Positions 20,015-28,899 of a stretch of DNA of 32,000 bases are shown piece by piece (position 1 is the stretch's first letter; every line of letters starts with the position of its first letter). The stretch is from NCBI GenBank assembly GCA_965195345.1, contig OZ239628.1, positions 387,940 through 419,939 of the forward strand, written 5' to 3'. The notes under the pieces were generated by a model that searched no databases, was not told where the DNA came from, and saw only the letters and a program-made list of their open reading frames with translations. This stretch comes from an uncultured Thiomicrospira sp. (GTDB lineage: Bacteria; Pseudomonadota; Gammaproteobacteria; CAKMZV01). A program made the position numbers and the translations under genes.

Positions 20015-20734
20015 ATGAATTCAGTTTTACGCAAAAAAAAGTCTATCAATAGAACAGATAACCTTTGGTTAATAACCTATTCAGATGTTGTGACGTTACT
20101 GTTGGTTTTTTTTGTGCTAATCATCGCTTTTTCAGTCGTTGATCAATCTAAATTTGAAGTGATTGCTGAAGCCATAAAAGCAAATAAGTTCGATGGGAAA
20201 AAGACGCTTCCTTTTCAAAAATTTGAACAAGAATTGCAAAAAATTATCGAAAAAAATGATTTAGAAGAAAAGGTTGTTGTAAATAAACAACCTCTAGGCG
20301 TTAGTATTGAACTTTCTGGTGAAAGTCTATTCCAATCTGGAGAAGCTATTTTGAATGCAACGGGTAGCCTCGCAATAAAACAATTAGCGAAGGCTATAAA
20401 AAACATTGAATATCCTAACTATCAAGTAGAGATTGAAGGACATACCGATGATGTGCCAATAAATAATGAGAAATACTCTTCCAATTGGGAATTGTCTGTC
20501 TTTCGCGCCATTGATGTGCTTAAGCTGTTAACAGAGCAGGGAATACCCAATGATAAATTCAAAATAGCTGGTTACGGAGAAACAAAACCTAAATATTCAA
20601 ATGAAACGGCTGATGGTTTACCTAATGTCGCTAACAGAGCTAAAAACAGACGAATAGAGATTAATGTTTTTCGTAAGGAGCGGCGTTATAGGGAATCGTC
20701 AACAAAAGAGGAAAATCAAAACACAGAAAAGTAG
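20015..20734 (+). CDS. MotB/PomB-like stator protein with OmpA-type peptidoglycan-binding domain
   Basis: N-terminal TM with acidic residue WLITYSDVVTLLLVFFVLIIAFS; C-terminal VEIEGHTDDVPINNEKYSSNWELSVFRAIDV...ANRAKNRRIEINVF. Confidence 0.9.
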   Translation: MNSVLRKKKSINRTDNLWLITYSDVVTLLLVFFVLIIAFSVVDQSKFEVIAEAIKANKFDGKKTLPFQKFEQELQKIIEKNDLEEKVVVNKQPLGVSIELSGESLFQSGEAILNATGSLAIKQLAKAIKNIEYPNYQVEIEGHTDDVPINNEKYSSNWELSVFRAIDVLKLLTEQGIPNDKFKIAGYGETKPKYSNETADGLPNVANRAKNRRIEINVFRKERRYRESSTKEENQNTEK

Positions 20735-20794
20735 TTTTTATAATATTTTTTGATTTTTGGCACGCATTGAGACTATTTTTAAGCAGGTTCTAAA

Positions 20795-22210
20795 ATGCAA
20801 AGAAAGGGTATGGGATTCATATTTAACCGAATAAATGCTCTTACTTTTTCTAGTATGAGAAAAAAAAATCCAATTCTACTGGTCTGCTCTTTTGTGGTGT
20901 TTCTCTCCTTCCCTATAAAAGCAACGAGCAATTTTCAACCTTCCCAATTGAGAACTTTGTTTAATCCTGCCGCTGAGAATCCATCAGCAGCAGTTATCTA
21001 CAGTTACTTATTCAATGATAGTGATATCGGGTTGCAAGTATATGGAGAAGCGCAAGGACTAGTAGAAAACACCATAGATGAGAATCAACTTCTAATGGAG
21101 TTGAACGGTATTATAAATTCTAATATTGGCGTTAATTCTATTAATCAATTTGAAACACAAATAAATAATTTCCTTAGAACTACTCAACCTATTCTTCGTG
21201 GTAATGCAAACGCAATCCTCGCTTTTCGAAAAGGATCAAATACAAAAAAAACTGCTGTCACTCTTAGTTATGATGATAGTCTCTTGTACTATCAACAATT
21301 GCGATTTATCAATGGCGTTGATGTTGATGTGCCGGCAGTAACAGCCTTAATTGCGGGCAACACGACCATTGATTCTGCAGATTTTTTGAACGCTATTGAT
21401 ACTGATGTGGGCATTAATAATACATTGGCACGTATCAGAACGTTCAGCTTAGGATATAGCCATCGCTACACGATTAATCCAATAATTAAATTCAGCTATG
21501 GTGTGCGTTTTAAAGCACAATCGGCATCTATTTCTTCAAACTTGGTGGACTTTCGAACAGTTATATCCACGACCAATGAGGTAGTTCAGTTAGAAAGTGC
21601 TGATATATTTGGAAATTTTGACACAGCAAACGAGCATATATATGGTAATGTTGATTTAGCTCTAACATTGCATGGAAGACAATATTTTATAAGCATATAC
21701 TCACTGGATACCATACCGCAAAGGTTAGCATTACCAAGTTTTTCCGATACATGCGAGTCTGTAAATGATTGTGCTATATCAGCACTGTATCCAAATGGGA
21801 ATGAGTTTTTTTATATCGACCCTAAAGTGCGTTTTGAATACAGCTATCTGTCACGACGCAAGCAATTTCGCTTTAGCTTTTTGTACGATATACTCCCTTG
21901 GAGAGATGGAAGTACTGCCGAGCGCCAACTGCTAACTATCCATACTGAAATTGCGACGACTAAGCGAAACACTAATAGACCCTATTGGGGACATCCCTCC
22001 CCTTCGATAAGGCTATCTGCTTTTATAGATGATGCTTCTTCTTTCGTGAATGATACTCTTATTCAGACAGGGTTCAGTGCATGGTTTATAGATTTAAACT
22101 TCACATTTGGCTTTAGAAAACCAGGTATATTAGTCTCTAGACCATCTAGAATTGAGAACAGCAGGACACTTCTACGCGGCATTCAGTTGGGAGTTAACGT
22201 TGATTTTTAA
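20795..22210 (+). CDS. Predicted outer-membrane beta-barrel protein of unknown function
   Basis: Signal-like MRKKNPILLVCSFVVFLSFPIKA, many alternating-hydrophobicity strands, C-terminal ...LLRGIQLGVNVDF ending in Phe. Follows the MotB-like gene by about 60 nt. Confidence 0.6.
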   Translation: MQRKGMGFIFNRINALTFSSMRKKNPILLVCSFVVFLSFPIKATSNFQPSQLRTLFNPAAENPSAAVIYSYLFNDSDIGLQVYGEAQGLVENTIDENQLLMELNGIINSNIGVNSINQFETQINNFLRTTQPILRGNANAILAFRKGSNTKKTAVTLSYDDSLLYYQQLRFINGVDVDVPAVTALIAGNTTIDSADFLNAIDTDVGINNTLARIRTFSLGYSHRYTINPIIKFSYGVRFKAQSASISSNLVDFRTVISTTNEVVQLESADIFGNFDTANEHIYGNVDLALTLHGRQYFISIYSLDTIPQRLALPSFSDTCESVNDCAISALYPNGNEFFYIDPKVRFEYSYLSRRKQFRFSFLYDILPWRDGSTAERQLLTIHTEIATTKRNTNRPYWGHPSPSIRLSAFIDDASSFVNDTLIQTGFSAWFIDLNFTFGFRKPGILVSRPSRIENSRTLLRGIQLGVNVDF

Positions 22211-22224
22211 AAGCGATATTCTTA

Positions 22225-22812
22225 TTATTTTACAGAATCGATTAATTCCATTAAATTGCCTTTATGCATTCTAATTTCATCTTCAGATAAGCCGACTAAT
22301 TCGTGAGGGAATACTAGCCAGTCGGTTGTTTTATGCACGTGAAAATCGGGTTCAATAACTGTTTGATTATTATTTGGTTTGTAATAAGCAGTGGCAATCT
22401 TTATTTTGGGAGTGTTTTTTCGGCAATGAAGTTTGATGTCATTTACCACCTGCTGGATACTCAAACCAGTATCAAAAACATCGTCAACGATGAGTAAAGA
22501 ATCGGTATCATTAACGTTTTCAATAATATAGTGTAGGCCATGAACGCGGATATTACGTTCACGCTCAGCAATACCAGTATAAGAAGAAGTACGTATGGCG
22601 ATGTGATCGGTTTTAATGCCAAGATATTGTAGCAACTCCTGTACGGCAATACCGACGGGTGTTCCTCCACGCCATATTCCGACAATGTAGTTTGGGACGA
22701 AGTTGCTTTTGTGGATTTCAATGGCTAGTTGGTAAGAAACATCAAGCAATTCTTGGCTGCTTAAGTATACTTTAGGGACGGTTTCCTTGTTGTCTGGGTG
22801 GTTAGTTGACAT
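22225..22812 (-). CDS. Hypoxanthine-guanine-type phosphoribosyltransferase; start chosen at MSTNHPDN, the ORF-track start is 22875
   Basis: IVGIWRGGTPVGIAVQELL and PRPP loop SLLIVDDVFDTGLSIQQV. Confidence 0.85.
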   Translation of the reverse strand: MSTNHPDNKETVPKVYLSSQELLDVSYQLAIEIHKSNFVPNYIVGIWRGGTPVGIAVQELLQYLGIKTDHIAIRTSSYTGIAERERNIRVHGLHYIIENVNDTDSLLIVDDVFDTGLSIQQVVNDIKLHCRKNTPKIKIATAYYKPNNNQTVIEPDFHVHKTTDWLVFPHELVGLSEDEIRMHKGNLMELIDSVK

Positions 22813-22813
22813 A

Positions 22814-23425
22814 TTACTCCATGTTTTTTTTGTGCTGATTGTAAACAATAAGGCTATGAAAAATAATTTGGGCAAGTAAAGAAGTTATGATTTGTTGAGT
22901 AAAAGCAGAGATGATGCAAAATATAAGTCCACCGATTGCCGCACTCAACCATTCTTTGCTTGGGCAGAAACGCCAAAGAGACCAAGCTAAAGTACTGACT
23001 ATGATGACTTTCCAAGAGGGCAGTTCATAGAACCAATTAAAGATGCTTGCACGAAATAGTAATTCCTCACCAAGAGGAATTAAGGCAACAAATACAAAAA
23101 TTGCGATAGGGTTTTTACCGCCACAAAAAACAGGTAACTTGAAAAAGTGAAATGAAAGCATGAACAAAACCGCACCCAAGAAAATACCCAGCAGTAATGC
23201 TAATGGCATGCTCGAAGTGAATAAGTAATCTTCAAAGTCAAATACAAAGTCTTCGCGTGTGAAAAACCATGCAAAGTAAAACCCAATCAAAATGACGAAG
23301 CGCAAGCGCATGATAGAAACGGATAGAAGATCGCTTTTTTTACTAATTTTAGCCAACAAAAATATTGCTAATATAAGCATTCCAGGTGTAAAAAGCCAAA
23401 TTAGATTAAGAATTGTTTCGGTCAT
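22814..23425 (-). CDS. CPBP-family intramembrane glutamic protease
   Basis: Multiple TM helices; EELLFRASIFNWF (EExxxR) and C-terminal FHSLIVY. Confidence 0.75.
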   Translation of the reverse strand: MTETILNLIWLFTPGMLILAIFLLAKISKKSDLLSVSIMRLRFVILIGFYFAWFFTREDFVFDFEDYLFTSSMPLALLLGIFLGAVLFMLSFHFFKLPVFCGGKNPIAIFVFVALIPLGEELLFRASIFNWFYELPSWKVIIVSTLAWSLWRFCPSKEWLSAAIGGLIFCIISAFTQQIITSLLAQIIFHSLIVYNQHKKNME

Positions 23426-23547
23426 GAAGAGTGCTCGTTTTTGTCAAAGTATATTTTAAGAAGCTTAGTTATGAGAACCATAAGCACGACACCTAACGCT
23501 ATTATGGTGATTGCTATGATGAATAGTGAACCGTGGGTGATAAGCAT
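23422..23547 (-). CDS. 41-aa single-TM small protein, translationally coupled to the CPBP gene (not in ORF track)
   Basis: Read by hand: MLITHGSLFIIAITIIALGVVLMVLITKLLKIYFDKNEHSS*. Its stop overlaps the downstream start as ATGA. It lies 11 nt after the U32 gene stop. Confidence 0.5.
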   Translation of the reverse strand: MLITHGSLFIIAITIIALGVVLMVLITKLLKIYFDKNEHSS

Positions 23548-23558
23548 AGGAGTTAAAC

Positions 23559-24845
23559 TTACAAATAACGCGCTAACATGACAAATGGGCCGTTGATTTC
23601 GGGAAGTGGTAATTTTATAGTGACTCCGCCACCTTTTGCTTCCTCAATTTTTTGTCCCTTGTCCGTTTCAATGTGCTCTACATGAATATCAAAATTACCT
23701 TGCGGTTGGACTACTTCAAGGCGATCTCCAGTCTTTATTTTGTTTTTGGTGAGTACAGTTGCAATACCATTGTTGTAATCTGTAACTTCAGCACAAAATT
23801 GTTGCTGACGAGAGGTTGAATGTGAATCAACATAATTCTGATAGTCAGCGTTATGATGTCGCTGAAAAAAACCATCGGTATAACCTCTATTAGATAAGTT
23901 TTCTAAGTCGGAGATAAGGTTAGGGTCGAATGGCTTGTTTGAACAAGCATCATCGATAGCTTGACGGTAAGATTGGGCAGTACGGGCTACGTAGTAATGT
24001 GATTTAGTGCGTCCTTCAATTTTCAAACAATGCACACCAAGTTTGGCTAGTGCATGGACATGTTCGATTGCGCGCAAATCTTTGGAGTTCATGATGTATG
24101 TGCCATGATCATCTTCTTCAATTGGAAGGAATTCACCAGGACGGTTGCTCTCTTCCAATAACCACGTTTTCTGTGGAGGTGGACTAATTTCTTTGATGAT
24201 GGTGCCTTTTTGTTCATCATTGACGCCTTCATGGACCTGATAGTTCCAGCGACAAGCATTAGTACAAGTGCCTTGATTTGGATCGCGATGGTTAAAATAA
24301 CCTGATAAAAGGCACCGTCCTGAATAGGCAATACATAGGGCACCGTGGACAAAAACTTCCAGTTCAACTCCAGGACAGTGATCTTTAATAGATTCAATTT
24401 CGGTTAGTGAAAGTTCTCGAGAAAGAATGACACGTTCGATGTTTGCAACTTCATGCCAAAAGCGTACGCTTGCCCAGTTGACGGCATTGGCCTGTACTGA
24501 AAGGTGAATTGGAATGTCGGGCCAATTTTCTCTTGTAAGTGCTATCAATCCAGGGTCGGCCATGATTAGAGCATCTGGATTACAGTCAATGATTTCCTCT
24601 ATATCTTTAACAAACGTTTTAAGTTTAGAGTTGTGAGGTAAAAGATTAACGGTGCAGTAAAATTTCTTGCCTTGAGCATGCACTTCTTCAATGCCCTTTG
24701 CAAGATTAGGAATAGTAAATTCATTATTGCGGGCACGCAGTGAATACCGAGGAGGCCCAGCGTATACTGCATCTGCTCCAAAGGCCAATGCAAAGCGCAT
24801 GTTCTTTAAAGTTCCAGCGGGTGAGAGGAGTTCAGGTTTTTGCAT
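23559..24845 (-). CDS. trhP: Peptidase U32-family protein (TrhP/YegQ-like tRNA hydroxylation protein)
   Basis: ELLSPAGTLKNMRFALAFGADAVYAG; VHGALCIAYSGRCLLSGYFNHRDPNQGTCTNACRW; KIEGRTKSHYYVA. Confidence 0.88.
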   Translation of the reverse strand: MQKPELLSPAGTLKNMRFALAFGADAVYAGPPRYSLRARNNEFTIPNLAKGIEEVHAQGKKFYCTVNLLPHNSKLKTFVKDIEEIIDCNPDALIMADPGLIALTRENWPDIPIHLSVQANAVNWASVRFWHEVANIERVILSRELSLTEIESIKDHCPGVELEVFVHGALCIAYSGRCLLSGYFNHRDPNQGTCTNACRWNYQVHEGVNDEQKGTIIKEISPPPQKTWLLEESNRPGEFLPIEEDDHGTYIMNSKDLRAIEHVHALAKLGVHCLKIEGRTKSHYYVARTAQSYRQAIDDACSNKPFDPNLISDLENLSNRGYTDGFFQRHHNADYQNYVDSHSTSRQQQFCAEVTDYNNGIATVLTKNKIKTGDRLEVVQPQGNFDIHVEHIETDKGQKIEEAKGGGVTIKLPLPEINGPFVMLARYL

Positions 24846-24884
24846 AGTAATGGTTAGAAGGGTAAGAGGGAAGCTATATGATTG

Positions 24885-25490
24885 CTATTTAAAACTATCC
24901 AAGATAGACTTCAACTCCTTTGGATTAGGGTTCGTATGTTTCAAATTATTAAAGATACCTTTTAGTTGATCGCAAGCACTTTTAAAATCGGCGTTAATTA
25001 TTAAGTAGTCGTATTTTGTATGGTTTTTAATCTCATTACGCGCTTCTTGTAAACGTCGTGATATGACATCAATCGCATCGGTAGAACGCGCACGTAGGCG
25101 AGTTGCTAAAGTTTGAAAATTAGGAGGGATGATGAAAATACTTTGGGTATCACTTTTCTTTGAGCGAATTTGATCCGCGCCCTGCCAGTCAATTTCAAGT
25201 ACAACATGCTTACCATTATCTAAGTTTTTTTCCACAGTGCTTCGTGCAGTGCCATAAAGATTACCAAACACATAAGCATATTCCAAAAAAGCATCTTGTT
25301 CGATGAGTTCTAAGAATTTTTGTTCATTAACAAAGTAGTAATTTTCGCCATCAGTCTCATTATTGCGAATAGGTCGAGTCGTGTGAGAAATAGACAAAAC
25401 CGTATTGTTCAACTCACTAAGAGCACTTGCAAGAAGGGAGGATTTGCCTGTTCCAGAAGGAGCAGATACTATAAAAAGTGTCCCTCGCAT
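24885..25490 (-). CDS. gmk: Guanylate kinase
   Basis: P-loop IVSAPSGTGKSSLL; SHTTRPIRNNETDGENYYFV; LEIDWQGADQIR. Confidence 0.97.
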   Translation of the reverse strand: MRGTLFIVSAPSGTGKSSLLASALSELNNTVLSISHTTRPIRNNETDGENYYFVNEQKFLELIEQDAFLEYAYVFGNLYGTARSTVEKNLDNGKHVVLEIDWQGADQIRSKKSDTQSIFIIPPNFQTLATRLRARSTDAIDVISRRLQEARNEIKNHTKYDYLIINADFKSACDQLKGIFNNLKHTNPNPKELKSILDSFK

Positions 25491-25504
25491 ATTCTAAAAA
25501 GGAG

Positions 25505-26629
25505 TTATATGGTCATCGGCATGATGACGTGCTGCAAGTGTACATCATCATCTTTTTCTTCAATAAGAACGCTGGCAGTGGGCGTGGATATTTTTATATT
25601 GATGATGGGTTGACTTAATGTGCTTATCGTTTGCTGTAGGTAGCCTTCATTAAAGGCAATTTCAAGATGTTCACCATCATAAGAAGCAGACATGACAACT
25701 TCGGACTTTTCCTGCTCGGCATTTAAGCAAGTTATCGTAGCAGTGTCGTCTTCTTTGGCTATTAAGCGCACCTGCCTCGTAGAATCTTTGTTAATAAGCG
25801 TCGCCTGTTTCAATGTTTTTGAGAAGCTGTCGCAATCAGCACTGAAGGTGTAATCATTATTTTGAGGGATAACACCGGCGTAGGAAGGAAAAGAACCAAC
25901 GATTAATTTGCTGGCAAACGTTAGGTTTTCTGTGCGCTTTAGCTGAAATGAAATGAAATTGTCACTGATTGAAAGAGTCAGGTCTCCTTTTTCATCTTCA
26001 AGCAATCTTTTAATTTCAGTGACTGCTTTGAGCGGAATAATAATACTACAATCGCTATCAATTTCTTTTTCTAAAGAAGATACCGCACTTGCTAAACGAT
26101 GACCATCGGTGGCGACTACTCGGATTTGAGTTCCTTGGGCTTCAAGTAACATGCCTCGCAAAGGCGCTCTGATATCCTTAGTTGAAATGGCAAAAGATAC
26201 TTTATTGATAAGTGTTTTTAGTGTTTTCTTAGAAACAGTTATTGATTGATCAAAGTTGGTAAGGTCTAGCTGCGGAAATCCTTCGGAAGGCAAGGTTGAA
26301 AGATTGTAGCGTGCGTAATCAGTATGAATGACCGCTTGTGTATCAGAAAATTCAATGGCGATGGTTTCTGCTGTGGTGCTTGACACGATGTCGAGAAGTT
26401 TTTGAGCTCCAAGTGTCGTATCAAATTTACCTCCAGCGATCTCTCCTTCAGGCATTGGTAGTTGAGCAACCATTTGCAATTCAGTATCTGTAGTGGTGAG
26501 GACCATTCCAGATTCATCAACTTGCAGTTTTACGTTGCCAAGGATCGGCAAAATTTTCACACGATCAATAACACTTGCTATATTTTGTAGCACTTGATAG
26601 AGTGGCTTTCTCTCAAATAATAGTTTCAT
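25505..26629 (-). CDS. dnaN: DNA polymerase III beta sliding clamp
   Basis: MKLLFERKPLYQVLQ.., VVATDGHRLA, C-terminal HVIMPM; directly downstream of dnaA. Confidence 0.97.
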   Translation of the reverse strand: MKLLFERKPLYQVLQNIASVIDRVKILPILGNVKLQVDESGMVLTTTDTELQMVAQLPMPEGEIAGGKFDTTLGAQKLLDIVSSTTAETIAIEFSDTQAVIHTDYARYNLSTLPSEGFPQLDLTNFDQSITVSKKTLKTLINKVSFAISTKDIRAPLRGMLLEAQGTQIRVVATDGHRLASAVSSLEKEIDSDCSIIIPLKAVTEIKRLLEDEKGDLTLSISDNFISFQLKRTENLTFASKLIVGSFPSYAGVIPQNNDYTFSADCDSFSKTLKQATLINKDSTRQVRLIAKEDDTATITCLNAEQEKSEVVMSASYDGEHLEIAFNEGYLQQTISTLSQPIINIKISTPTASVLIEEKDDDVHLQHVIMPMTI

Positions 26630-26637
26630 GGGTTAGT

Positions 26638-27963
26638 CTAGTTGGACAAGGTTATAAAAAGATTGTTAAAGTCGTTCTCAAAATTGGTATTTTCTTTTCG
26701 CAATCGTTCAACATTACGACAAGCATGCAAAACAGTGGTATGGTCTCGAGCGAATGCATCTCCAATTTCTGACAAACTTAGATTGGTGAGTTGTTTTGCC
26801 ATAGCCATAGCCATATGGCGTGCACGAACAACAGGTTGACGGCGGACTTTACCAAGTAAGTCGGTTGAGCGTAAACGGAAGTAGGAGGCAACGGTTTTAA
26901 TGATTTGGTCCACTGATACAGCGCGCGAATGTGAAGCAAAAACATTATCCAATGCTTCATGAGTGCTAAGCAGTGTCATAGGTTTACCACTGAAGTCGTG
27001 GTAGGCTTTGAGTGTCGCAAGTGCGCTCTGAAGTTCGCGAACGTTCGAACGAATTTTTTGGGCGACTAAGAAAGCAATTTCTTCTGGTAGGTCAAGGGAA
27101 ACTTCGCGAGCTTTTGCCTTAAGTATGGCTACACGGAGTTCGAGCTCTGGTGGTTTAAGCTCAATAGCTAATCCAGCTCCAAAGCGCGAGCGCAACCGAT
27201 CACTAAATCCACTCAGATCTTTCGGATAGCGGTCACAAGTAAAGACTACTTGTTTATGACCTTCAAGCATAAGATTGACTATTTGAAAAAGCTCTTCTTG
27301 TGTGCTGGCTTTTTCTGCGAAAAAATGCACATCATCAATCAAAAGAACGTCAAAGCTACGATAAAACCTTTTGAACTGTGGCATTGTCTTCTCGTTTAGA
27401 GAAGCGATGAAGTTAGAAACAAAACGAGGAGCGTGCTGATAGAAAACTTTTGTGTTTGTATGGCGAATCATATGATTGCCAATTGAATAAAGTATGTGCG
27501 TTTTTCCTAGTCCAGAGCGACCATATATAAAGAAAGGGTTGTAAATGCTCGCTTGAGTGTTTTCGGCAATTTGTTTGGCAATAGATGACACCATAGTATT
27601 GGACTCGCCAGTAACAAAATTGCTAAATGAAAATTGTGGTTGCAATCCTGCTTCTTTAATGCGCTCATTGACATCGGCATGATTAGCGCGCGCTTGTAGT
27701 CGAGAAATTGAGTTTTCTTCAATATCTTCTTCGGCTTCTAGGTGTATGTGCAAAGTTTGGGGGCTTGCAGAGTCAATCGTGCTTTTTAGTATTTCCCAAT
27801 GAGCATTGGCATGTAAGCAATCTGCGAAATGTTCGTTTGGAGCTATGATGTGAAGTTTATTTCCATTAAGCTTTGCTCTTAAGGGAGCGACCCACCGCTC
27901 AAAGTCATGTTGCTCTAACGTATTCTCAAGTAGCCTAACACATCTGTTCCAGATGTCACTCAT
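26638..27963 (-). CDS. dnaA: Chromosomal replication initiator DnaA
   Basis: NPFFIYGRSGLGKTHILYSIGNH; signature FARDHTTVLHACRNVERL. Confidence 0.98.
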   Translation of the reverse strand: MSDIWNRCVRLLENTLEQHDFERWVAPLRAKLNGNKLHIIAPNEHFADCLHANAHWEILKSTIDSASPQTLHIHLEAEEDIEENSISRLQARANHADVNERIKEAGLQPQFSFSNFVTGESNTMVSSIAKQIAENTQASIYNPFFIYGRSGLGKTHILYSIGNHMIRHTNTKVFYQHAPRFVSNFIASLNEKTMPQFKRFYRSFDVLLIDDVHFFAEKASTQEELFQIVNLMLEGHKQVVFTCDRYPKDLSGFSDRLRSRFGAGLAIELKPPELELRVAILKAKAREVSLDLPEEIAFLVAQKIRSNVRELQSALATLKAYHDFSGKPMTLLSTHEALDNVFASHSRAVSVDQIIKTVASYFRLRSTDLLGKVRRQPVVRARHMAMAMAKQLTNLSLSEIGDAFARDHTTVLHACRNVERLRKENTNFENDFNNLFITLSN

Positions 27964-28207
27964 TCGTTCTCCTATTTGTTGGTCGGTTTTAAAAAAAGCC
28001 TCACGGTTTGCTTTTCTTTGAAAATATTATAGATGTCAAGTTATTTTTATATTTCTAAAACAGCATTCAAAAACAAGATTTTATTGATGGTTTTTATGCG
28101 TGACTATCAGGTCAGTATTTTGCATTATTTGCCGATGAAATGTTGTAAAAAATCACGTAAAAAAACTTTTCATTTCATCACAAATTGTTAAAAAAACGTT
28201 AATAATT

Positions 28208-28216
28208 TGTGCATAA
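28208..28216 (-). promoter_or_regulatory. DnaA box (TTATGCACA on the minus strand)
   Basis: Exact match to TTATNCACA in the AT-rich region upstream of dnaA. Confidence 0.5.
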
Positions 28217-28262
28217 CTTGAAGAAAAGGAATAAAAGCGTATCGTTGTACCTTTGCAACGAT

Positions 28263-28883
28263 TTATTTTTCCAGTGGAAAAATATTTTGAGATATTTTTA
28301 GTGCTAATTTATCTGCTATTACAGCAATCGATTCTGTGATTCCGAAATGATGCATGTCGATTACGTTCTGCTTTAACCCGCAAGGAGCAATGGAGCTGAA
28401 AGGGCTTAAATCCATAGAAACATTAAGACTGATACCATGATAGGTCCCTCGTTTTTTACAACTCAGTCCAAGTGCTGATATTTTCCCTGCCTCAGTATAC
28501 ACTCCCGGCAAATTGGCTTTGCGAAATCCCTCAATATTGTAGTGTGCTAGAGTGTCAATGGCTGAACCTTCCAAAGCGTTGATTAAGGTTTTAATGCCGA
28601 TATTTGCCCTAAAAATATCGATGAGTACGTAGATGATAATTTGACCGGGTCCATGATAGGTAACTTTTCCTCCACGGTCCGTTTGAATTACTGGAAGAGT
28701 AGTTTTCTTTAAAAAATGCTTTGGATCACCAATGCGACCCAAAGTGTAGACAGGATGATGGTCGGTTATCCAAAGTTGGTCGGAACTTTTTTCATCACGT
28801 GTAAGCGTGTATTCGCGCATTGATTTGAAGCAAGTTTCGTAATCAACTGTCCCTTTACGAATTATTTGAAGCGGGGGGTGCAT
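28263..28883 (-). CDS. lipB: Octanoyltransferase LipB; start chosen at MHPPLQII, the ORF-track start is 28928
   Basis: DRGGKVTYHGPGQIIIYVL, KISALGLSCKKRGTYHGISLNV. Confidence 0.95.
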   Translation of the reverse strand: MHPPLQIIRKGTVDYETCFKSMREYTLTRDEKSSDQLWITDHHPVYTLGRIGDPKHFLKKTTLPVIQTDRGGKVTYHGPGQIIIYVLIDIFRANIGIKTLINALEGSAIDTLAHYNIEGFRKANLPGVYTEAGKISALGLSCKKRGTYHGISLNVSMDLSPFSSIAPCGLKQNVIDMHHFGITESIAVIADKLALKISQNIFPLEK

Positions 28884-28899
28884 TTCTAAGGATGCTAAA

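Noticed and set aside
19169-20734. MotAB-like pair as part of a Zorya-type anti-phage defence system
   Set aside because: No ZorC/ZorD/ZorE-like helicase or nuclease is adjacent, the MotB-like protein is typical length, and the upstream FliF/FliG-like gene and outer-membrane genes fit an envelope motor better. A phylogeny is still needed.
27964-28262. Calling the dnaA-lipB gap oriC
   Set aside because: Only one strict DnaA box was found and there is no clear coding-strand switch. Evidence is insufficient without genome-wide skew.
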